From positions 150-64,149 of the forward strand of contig CAZHZF010000001.1 of assembly GCA_964536925.1 (NCBI GenBank): DNA of 64,000 nt, in the 5' to 3' direction. The notes under the pieces were generated by a model. The model saw only the letters and a list, made by a program, of their open reading frames with translations. It was not told the origin of the DNA and did not search any database. The position numbers and the translations under genes were made by a program. This document shows positions 57,460 through 64,000 of this stretch, piece by piece (position 1 is the stretch's first letter; every line of letters starts with the position of its first letter). This stretch comes from an uncultured Dehalococcoidales bacterium (lineage in GTDB: Bacteria; Chloroflexota; UBA6077; FW602-bin22).

Positions 57460-59241
57460 GTGAGCCCGGCCCGGGCGCTCGCGCTGGTTCTGCTCGTCCT
57501 CATTCTGACCGCATGCGATGTCGCCCGTGCGCAGACGGCATACCGCTCCTACGTGCCCGTCAGCTACCGTGCTGTTCCGGAAGGGCCGGTCGTCGAGCTT
57601 CCGGTCGCGTCGCTCGTGCTGGCGCCTAGCGACGTGCGCTCGATCACCGGACAACTCATCTTCCTCGACCTCAGTGCCTCCGGACCGACCACGCCCGACG
57701 ACCTCTACACCACGTGCGACGCCAGCACGACGCAGCGACGGAGCGGTGCGAACGCGTCGGCCCAGCGATCGGTCCTACGCTCTGATGGCAGCGCCGGGGT
57801 GATTCAGGTCGATCACCTTGTCGCGACGTTTGGTAGCGCCGGCCTCGCCTCGCTGGTCATCGGCGATCTCGAGCGCTGCACGAGCGGCGCGTGGCTGCCC
57901 ATCGGGACGGATACCGTCGGAAACGAGTCTCGGGCGTGGCTGGCGCGCAGCGAGGTCCAGGGGCAGCGCGAGTATCTCCTGCACTTCCGCACGCGGAACG
58001 CCGTGCAGAGCCTGCGCTTGCGCGCCGCCGGCGGAGGGCTCGAGCCAACCCTTGCCCTGGGGCGGGTCGCGGCTATCCGCGCCGATCCGTCGCCACCTAC
58101 GCCTACCGCCACCACGACCGCGACGCCGACGATCACGCCGACCGCGACCCCTACTCCGACCGCCACCCCTACTCCGACCGGCACCGAGACTCCCAGTCCC
58201 ACCCCCACAGCGACGGGAACGCCGACCGCGTCGCCCTCGGCCACCGCCAGCGCGACGGAGACACCGACCCTGACTCCCACCGCCACGCCTTCGCCGACCG
58301 CGACGTGGACACCCTCGCCGACCCCGACGCCGACCGCCACCTCCACCAGCACACCCACGGCGACCACCACAGCCACGCCCACCTCGACCGCCACGGCCAC
58401 CAGTTCGCCGACACCGTCGCCGACCGCGACCGCGACGCCCACTCCGACCGCCACATCGACGCCGACGTCGACCGCGACCGATACACCGTCCCCGACGTGG
58501 ACCCCGACCTCAACCCCCTCCGCGACGCCGACTTCCACGATGACGTGGACTCCCACGGCGAGCCCCACGATCACGCGGACACCGACGGCGACACCGACCG
58601 ATACCGCCACACTGACGCCGACCGCGACATCGACGCCGACCATCACGCCCTCGTCGACCGCGACCGCGACGGCCACCTCCACGCCGACCGTGACGCCGAC
58701 GTTCACCCCCACCGCCACCGCGACGCCATCGGCGACGTCGACCGCGACGGCCACGGCGACCTTCACCCCGACCCCGTCACCGACGCCGACCCCGCCGCCG
58801 GGGATCGAGATCGCGGCCGGCCGCTCTGCCATCGCCTCGGACGCACCGAACGACCACCTCGCCGCGCACGCCGTCGATGCGCTCGCGGGTGGTCCGAACG
58901 GTCAGAATGCCTCGACCTACTGGCTCGCGACGGGCCAGGCCACCTCCGCCACGCCGCGCACGGTCACCGTCACGCTCTCCGCGGCCGACACCGTCTCGGC
59001 GGTCCAGGCCCGGCTCGCCTTCACCGGCACCGGCGCGGTGACGGCGCGCATCATCCTCCGAAACGGCAACTTCGACGAGATCGCCAATGAGGAGATCGTC
59101 AACGGCACGAAGGCCGATGGCGACACCGTCTCCTACGTGTTCGCCACGCCGGTGCCCGATGTCGCCTACGTACGGCTCGCCTTCACGTCAACCGGGTCCG
59201 GCATCGTACCGGGCGTCCGTACGTTCGGCGTCTATCGCTGA
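57460..59241 (+). CDS. Secreted protein with long Thr/Pro mucin-like stalk and C-terminal discoidin/galactose-binding-like beta domain
   Basis: Signal peptide, then RSYVPVSYR, an N-domain, about 230 aa of TPTAT repeats, and AVDALAG...STYWLA...VRL. Confidence 0.75.
   Translation: MSPARALALVLLVLILTACDVARAQTAYRSYVPVSYRAVPEGPVVELPVASLVLAPSDVRSITGQLIFLDLSASGPTTPDDLYTTCDASTTQRRSGANASAQRSVLRSDGSAGVIQVDHLVATFGSAGLASLVIGDLERCTSGAWLPIGTDTVGNESRAWLARSEVQGQREYLLHFRTRNAVQSLRLRAAGGGLEPTLALGRVAAIRADPSPPTPTATTTATPTITPTATPTPTATPTPTGTETPSPTPTATGTPTASPSATASATETPTLTPTATPSPTATWTPSPTPTPTATSTSTPTATTTATPTSTATATSSPTPSPTATATPTPTATSTPTSTATDTPSPTWTPTSTPSATPTSTMTWTPTASPTITRTPTATPTDTATLTPTATSTPTITPSSTATATATSTPTVTPTFTPTATATPSATSTATATATFTPTPSPTPTPPPGIEIAAGRSAIASDAPNDHLAAHAVDALAGGPNGQNASTYWLATGQATSATPRTVTVTLSAADTVSAVQARLAFTGTGAVTARIILRNGNFDEIANEEIVNGTKADGDTVSYVFATPVPDVAYVRLAFTSTGSGIVPGVRTFGVYR
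58095..58800 (+). repeat. Degenerate coding tandem repeat (T-P-T/A-T units)
   Basis: Recurrent acgccgacc/accgcgac codon blocks. Confidence 0.8.
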
Positions 59242-59248
59242 CCCTCGT

Positions 59249-59470
59249 TCACGCCGCCAGACGGGAGCGCAGTTCGGCGCGCCTCTCCGGCGAGAGCGTC
59301 GACCAGAAGGACACGAACGCCGACTGCAGATCCGCGCCCAGGCGCGCCCCACGGGCCTGTGACTCCAGCGCGGCGACGTCCCGGTGCGCGCGCCGGCGCG
59401 CCCCAACGGGACGCATCGCGCGCGATCGGCGCCCGGACTCCGGAAACAGCGTCAACTGCGTCGTACGCAT
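59249..59470 (-). CDS. 73-aa orphan protein with N-terminal beta-clamp-binding motif (QLTLF), putatively SOS-regulated
   Basis: MRTTQLTLFPE...; GAGGG SD about 8 nt before ATG; dedicated consensus promoter containing a LexA box. Confidence 0.75.
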   Translation of the reverse strand: MRTTQLTLFPESGRRSRAMRPVGARRRAHRDVAALESQARGARLGADLQSAFVSFWSTLSPERRAELRSRLAA

Positions 59471-59508
59471 CGCGGTGCCCTCACTAGATCATCCGTTCTG
59501 CCTACGCC

Positions 59509-59537
59509 ATAGTAGAACGGACGTTCGATATTGTCAA
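59509..59537 (-). promoter_or_regulatory. sigma70-type promoter containing a perfect LexA box
   Basis: Minus strand TTGACA (59532-59537)-N17-TACTAT (59509-59514). The spacer holds GAAC-GGAC-GTTC (59515-59526). Confidence 0.85.
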
Positions 59538-59568
59538 CCATTATGCGCTGGGGTAGCCTGCCACCTCC

Positions 59569-60810
59569 ATGCAGCGCGCGCGTGTCGGCATCGTCGGGTG
59601 CGGCCCGATGGGGCGCCGCCACGTGGCGGGATATGCCGAACTCGCGACCACCCCCTTTGCGAACGTCGAGGTCGCCGCCGTCTGCGACCTGAACGATCGG
59701 GCAGCCGAGCAGATGGCCGAGGAGTGCCGCGTCCTCCTGGGCGCCCGTCCTCGTGTCTTTCAGTCGATCGCCACGATGGCCGAGGCGGTGGATGGCCTGG
59801 TCGGCGTCGACATTGTCACCGACCCGCGCAGCCATCATCGCATCGCGATCGAGTGCCTCGACCGCGGCCTGCACGTTCAGGTCGAGAAGCCGCTCGCGAT
59901 CACCATGCGCGCATGCAACCTGCTGATCCGCGCATCGCGCCGTTCGCGCAGTCGCCTGTGTGTCGCTGAGAACTTCCGACGGGATCCGATGAACCGGCTC
60001 GTCCGCGCGCTCATCGATGACGGCGCGATTGGCGATCCTGAGATGATGATCGAGATCTCCGCGCGCGGTGGCGATCGCGTCCTGGGCTCGGAATGGCGCC
60101 ACGATGCGCTGTCGGGTGGCCTCCTCCTCGATCTTGGCGTCCACACGGCCAGCCTGCTGCGCTATTTCGGCGGCGATGTCGAGAGCGTGATGGGTGTGAC
60201 ACGGCTCGCACGGCGCCGTCGACGCCGTGTCGGTCGCGGCGCGCGCGAGGGCGAGTGGATCGGCGCGACCGCGCACGATCTCCTCACGGCGGTGCTTCAG
60301 TTCCGCGGCGGCATGGTGGGCCAGTGGTGCCTCAATGCCGCCGCGGCGGGTCATATGGTGCGCCAGCGCGTGCTCTACGGGTCCCGTGGTTCGATCGTCG
60401 CTCCGGTTGACGCCTCCGGGCGCAGTCCGCGCCTCGACCTGATCGACGGTCAGTGTCTGACCGATGACGCCCTACTCGAACACGCCACTTCGTACCGACT
60501 GGACGCGCTCGGCGCCCACCTGTTCGGCGCGGAGCGACCGACGTCCTACCGCCTCAGCACACCGGAGATCGATCGAAAGTTGCTGGCGATGGAGTTGCAC
60601 GGGTTCGGCGACGTGATGGCCGCGGGGGCCCTACCCGAGGTCGATGCGCTTGGCGGGAGGCGGGATGTGGCCCTGGTGTGCGCGATTCTGGAGAGCGCCC
60701 GCGTGCAACGGGCCATCGCGCTCGACCAGGTGGAGTCCGGCGATCACGACCTCGCCCAGCGCGACGTGGACGGCGATCTCGGCCTCATCGAGGTTCCCGG
60801 CGCGGACTGA
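59569..60810 (+). CDS. Gfo/Idh/MocA family oxidoreductase
   Basis: VGIVGCGPMG, HVQVEKPLA and GGLLLDLGVH motifs. Confidence 0.92.
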   Translation: MQRARVGIVGCGPMGRRHVAGYAELATTPFANVEVAAVCDLNDRAAEQMAEECRVLLGARPRVFQSIATMAEAVDGLVGVDIVTDPRSHHRIAIECLDRGLHVQVEKPLAITMRACNLLIRASRRSRSRLCVAENFRRDPMNRLVRALIDDGAIGDPEMMIEISARGGDRVLGSEWRHDALSGGLLLDLGVHTASLLRYFGGDVESVMGVTRLARRRRRRVGRGAREGEWIGATAHDLLTAVLQFRGGMVGQWCLNAAAAGHMVRQRVLYGSRGSIVAPVDASGRSPRLDLIDGQCLTDDALLEHATSYRLDALGAHLFGAERPTSYRLSTPEIDRKLLAMELHGFGDVMAAGALPEVDALGGRRDVALVCAILESARVQRAIALDQVESGDHDLAQRDVDGDLGLIEVPGAD

Positions 60811-60902
60811 CTGAGGCCGGTCGTCCCGCTCCACCCCAGCGGCGTCTGACTGACACGTCCGCGGCGCTGAGAAGGGCCACGCGTGCCCCCCCGGTCGCCA
60901 AT

Positions 60903-60923
60903 GATTAGTTTGTGCAACTAATC
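60903..60923. promoter_or_regulatory. Operator-like inverted repeat upstream of the ABC exporter pair
   Basis: GATTAGTT-TGTGC-AACTAATC, a perfect 8-bp inverted repeat lying over the -35 region of TAGATT (60934-60939). Confidence 0.65.
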
Positions 60924-60946
60924 GGGCGCTTGCTAGATTCCGCGCG

Positions 60947-62713
60947 GTGCGCACCCTCCTCCGCCTGACCGGATACCTCCTCCCACACTGGTGGATGGCC
61001 GCGGGGGTGGTCCTGATGCTCGGCGCGATCACCGCCCTGCGTATGACCCCGGCCTACTTCACGCAGATCGTCATCGATGACGTCATTCCTGCCCGTCACT
61101 GGCAGAACCTGGCGCTCCTGGTGTTCGGCGTCTTCGCCTCGGCCGGCATGCTGAACGTCCTGACATCCGTCCAGACGTACCTCGGGCAGATGATGGGTCA
61201 ACGCGTCATCTTCGACCTTCGCTCCGATGTCTACCGGCACCTCCAGTCCCAGTCGATGAGTTTCTACGACGAGAACCAGACGGGTCAGTTGATGTCGCGC
61301 GCGACCAACGATGTCGGGATGGTGCAGTTCTTCATCACCGGCGCTCTGATTCAGGCGATCAACTTCGTCCTCATGGTGGGCTTGAACGTCTGGGCCATGG
61401 TGACCATCGATGCCTGGCTGACCGTGCTCACCCTCTCGGTGGCCCCGCTCATCGTCGCCATCCAGATGCAGGCATCGACCGTGATGCCCATGTGGCGCGC
61501 GATCCAGCAGCGGATGGCCAGCCTCAGCACGATCCTGCAGGAGAACATCGGCGCGATCAAACTCGTCAAGGCGTTCACGCGCGAGGAGTTCGAGGCGAAT
61601 CGCTTCAACCAGGTCCTGTGGGACGTGCGCCAGATGCGCCTGCAGACCAGCCGATCGATGCAGGCGTTCATGCAGTCGATGATGCTCGCGACGATGCTCA
61701 GCCAGGGTCTGTCCCTGTGCTACGGCGCGTTGCTGGTCGTGGACGGACGCATCACCATCGGGCAGCTCTTCGCATTTCAGAGCTACGCGATGCTGCTCTG
61801 GATGCCGACCCAGATGCTCGGCTTCATCAACATGATGAGTCAGCAGGCGATCGCCGGCGGCGAACGCATCTTCGAGATCATCGACACCCCGCTCGATGTC
61901 GCCGAGCGGCCGGGCGCACGCGACCTCCGACCGATGCGTGGGGACGTGACCTTCCGCGAGGTCAGCTTCGCCTACGGATCGGCCCCGCCCCTGCTCCGGG
62001 GCATCGACTTCCACGCCTCGGCCGGGCGGACGATCGCCATCGTCGGGCCGAGCGGTGCGGGCAAGAGCACGCTGATCAACCTCATCCCGCGCTTCTACGA
62101 CGCGACCGCCGGGCAGATCCTGATCGACGGGATCGACGTGCGGGACCTCACACTGACGTCACTGCGGTCTCAGATCGGGATGGTGATGCAGGAGACCTTC
62201 CTGTTCAACATGACCATCCGGGAGAACATCAGCTACGGGCGGATGGACGCGACCGAGGCGGACATCGTCGCCGCGGCGAAGGCCGCGAACGCGCACGACT
62301 TCATCCGCGAGCTGGGCGCCGGGTACGACACGATGGTCGGAGAAAAGGGGGTACGCCTCTCCGGCGGGCAGCGCCAGCGCATCGCCATCGCGCGGGCCAT
62401 CGTCGTCGATCCGCGCATCCTCATCCTCGACGAGGCGACCTCGGCCGTCGATTCGCGCACCGACTACCTGATCCAGCAGGCGCTCGATCGGCTGATGGTG
62501 GGACGCACGACGTTCGTCATCGCCCATCGGCTCACCACCGCGATGCGCGCCGACGAGATCCTCGTCCTCGCCGATGGCGCGATCGCCGCGCGCGGATCCC
62601 ACGCTGAACTGCTCGAACGCAGCCCCACCTATCGCACGATCTACGAGACGCAGTTGCGGCCCGCGCAGGACGCCATCGAAGCCGCCTCGCTCTCTGTCGC
62701 CGCGGGAGGCTGA
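60947..62713 (+). CDS. ABC exporter, fused permease/ATPase (half 1)
   Basis: TM domain, GPSGAGKST, LSGGQRQR, ILILDEATS and IAHRL motifs. Confidence 0.95.
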   Translation: MRTLLRLTGYLLPHWWMAAGVVLMLGAITALRMTPAYFTQIVIDDVIPARHWQNLALLVFGVFASAGMLNVLTSVQTYLGQMMGQRVIFDLRSDVYRHLQSQSMSFYDENQTGQLMSRATNDVGMVQFFITGALIQAINFVLMVGLNVWAMVTIDAWLTVLTLSVAPLIVAIQMQASTVMPMWRAIQQRMASLSTILQENIGAIKLVKAFTREEFEANRFNQVLWDVRQMRLQTSRSMQAFMQSMMLATMLSQGLSLCYGALLVVDGRITIGQLFAFQSYAMLLWMPTQMLGFINMMSQQAIAGGERIFEIIDTPLDVAERPGARDLRPMRGDVTFREVSFAYGSAPPLLRGIDFHASAGRTIAIVGPSGAGKSTLINLIPRFYDATAGQILIDGIDVRDLTLTSLRSQIGMVMQETFLFNMTIRENISYGRMDATEADIVAAAKAANAHDFIRELGAGYDTMVGEKGVRLSGGQRQRIAIARAIVVDPRILILDEATSAVDSRTDYLIQQALDRLMVGRTTFVIAHRLTTAMRADEILVLADGAIAARGSHAELLERSPTYRTIYETQLRPAQDAIEAASLSVAAGG

Positions 62714-62715
62714 CC

Positions 62716-64000
62716 GTGGCGAACATGTGGGCGTTCGGATCCACCGAGGAGGTGCGGATCGCCGATCCCCGGGGCACGTTCGTGCGCCTCTGGGGATACA
62801 TGGCCGAGCACCGTGTAACGCTGCTCGCGGTAGCGGCCGCGATCCTGGCGGTCTCGCTCCTCTCGATGCTTCCGCCCTGGCTCGCCAAACACGTGATCGA
62901 CGAGATCATACCGGCCGAGGTTGAGGTCGCCACGAAGCTCTTTCAGATCGGCCTGGCGCTGACGGTCGTCCACATCGCGCGTGCTCTCCTCACTTACGCC
63001 AACCGGTATGCGATCGCGCTCGTTGGGCAGAAGGTGGTGCTCGCGATCGGGCGGGAGATGTTCGGCCGCCTCGAGCGGATGCCGCTTCGTTACTTCGAGC
63101 GTCAGGAGTCCGGCGTCACGATGTCGCGCCTGGTGAACGATGTGAACGCGCTCCAGCAGGCGCTGATCGGTCCGACGGTCAACGCCGTCGTGGGCGTCAT
63201 CGACATGTGCATCTACCTGGTGATCCTCAGCACCCTGAACTGGCGCCTCACGCTGATGATCGTGGCGACGGTTCCCGCGCTCATCGTGACCACGCGCATC
63301 ATCTCCGACATCCTGCGCGTGCGCTATCGCAAGGTGCAGGAGTCGGCCGCGCGGGTCAACGCGGTCCTGCAGGAGAACGTCGCCGGCGTGCGGGTGGCGC
63401 GCGCGTTCGCCCGCGAGAGTGCCGATCAGCAGCGATTCGATACCCAGAACCGGCAGAACATGGGCGCGAACATGGAGGCGGTGCGGGTCCAATCGATCGC
63501 GACGCCGACCATGCAGATGATCGCGGCGGCGGGAACCGCCCTCGTGCTCTGGTACGGTGCGGCTCAGGTGATGATGGGGCAGGCGACGGTGGGCGAACTC
63601 GTCGCGTTCATGACCTATCTGGTCGCCTTCTATCAGCCGATCGCACAGTTCAGCGAGGTCAACAACGTCGCGTCCCAGGCTCTCGCCGCTTCCGACCGGA
63701 TCTTCCAGTTTCTCGATGAACCGATCGAGCGCGAGCGTCCCGACGCGCGCACGCTGCCGCGCATTCGTGGGCGGGTCGAGTTCGACCACGTCGATTTCGG
63801 ATATCAGCCGGGGCAGCGCGTGCTGACCGACATCCACCTCGACATCGCGCCGGGTGAGATGATCGCGCTGGTCGGGCACACCGGTTCCGGGAAGACGACC
63901 CTGGCGAATCTCGTCGGTCGTTTCTACGACCCGACCGCCGGATCGGTGCGCGTGGACGGGCACGACCTGCGAGAGGTCACGCTCCATTCGCTGCGTTCGC
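62716..64000 (+). CDS. ABC exporter, fused permease/ATPase (half 2), truncated by window end
   Basis: Not in the ORF track because it has no stop. GTG 62716 after GGAGG; MANMWAFGSTEEVR..., TM domain, then Walker A GHTGSGKTT near 63875-63900. Confidence 0.92.
   Translation, partial: MANMWAFGSTEEVRIADPRGTFVRLWGYMAEHRVTLLAVAAAILAVSLLSMLPPWLAKHVIDEIIPAEVEVATKLFQIGLALTVVHIARALLTYANRYAIALVGQKVVLAIGREMFGRLERMPLRYFERQESGVTMSRLVNDVNALQQALIGPTVNAVVGVIDMCIYLVILSTLNWRLTLMIVATVPALIVTTRIISDILRVRYRKVQESAARVNAVLQENVAGVRVARAFARESADQQRFDTQNRQNMGANMEAVRVQSIATPTMQMIAAAGTALVLWYGAAQVMMGQATVGELVAFMTYLVAFYQPIAQFSEVNNVASQALAASDRIFQFLDEPIERERPDARTLPRIRGRVEFDHVDFGYQPGQRVLTDIHLDIAPGEMIALVGHTGSGKTTLANLVGRFYDPTAGSVRVDGHDLREVTLHSLRS

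Noticed and set aside
58095-58800. Repetitive DNA resembling a CRISPR or VNTR array
   Set aside because: Repeats are degenerate, in frame and encode a Thr/Pro linker. There is no constant repeat with unique spacers and no cas gene.

Overview
GC-rich bacterial chromosomal segment, most likely Chloroflexota (inference). The evidence is an 11-subunit complex I operon without nuoEFG, a GAAC-N4-GTTC LexA-type box, and GG..GYPIS-type secreted repeats and Pro/Ala/Thr-rich Tat lipoproteins. In order, the window holds: a surface-glycan cluster (3 GT4, GT2, GT-C); an M24 peptidase, an unlisted 39-aa membrane peptide, rsgA and a RibD-C reductase; nuoABCDHIJKLMN; a VanW protein; prfA-prmC-rpiB-holB; an ECF sigma/anti-sigma pair; a PFK with PPi-type residues, ybaK and a YprB/MrfB-like exonuclease; an HTH-ImmA/IrrE + DUF4411 module beside tRNA-Thr(CGT); a sugar cluster with a GH99-like lipoprotein; a class III aminotransferase; a three-gene operon of two degenerate MrpD/NuoN-like membrane proteins and a PD-(D/E)xK-like protein; gnd, an enolase-superfamily enzyme, a TIM-barrel enzyme, an alkaline-phosphatase-family enzyme and argC; a peptide ABC importer without ATPases; several unknown proteins; and a heterodimeric ABC exporter cut by the window end. 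No CRISPR array, IS, integrase or rRNA was seen. The strongest novel candidates are (1) a 73-aa orphan protein carrying a beta-clamp-binding motif (QLTLF) behind a near-consensus promoter with a perfect SOS box in its spacer, (2) the degenerate-antiporter/nuclease-like operon, and (3) a ZZ/B-box-like zinc-finger protein. Start codons were re-picked by eye where the ORF track over-extends; no database searches were run.
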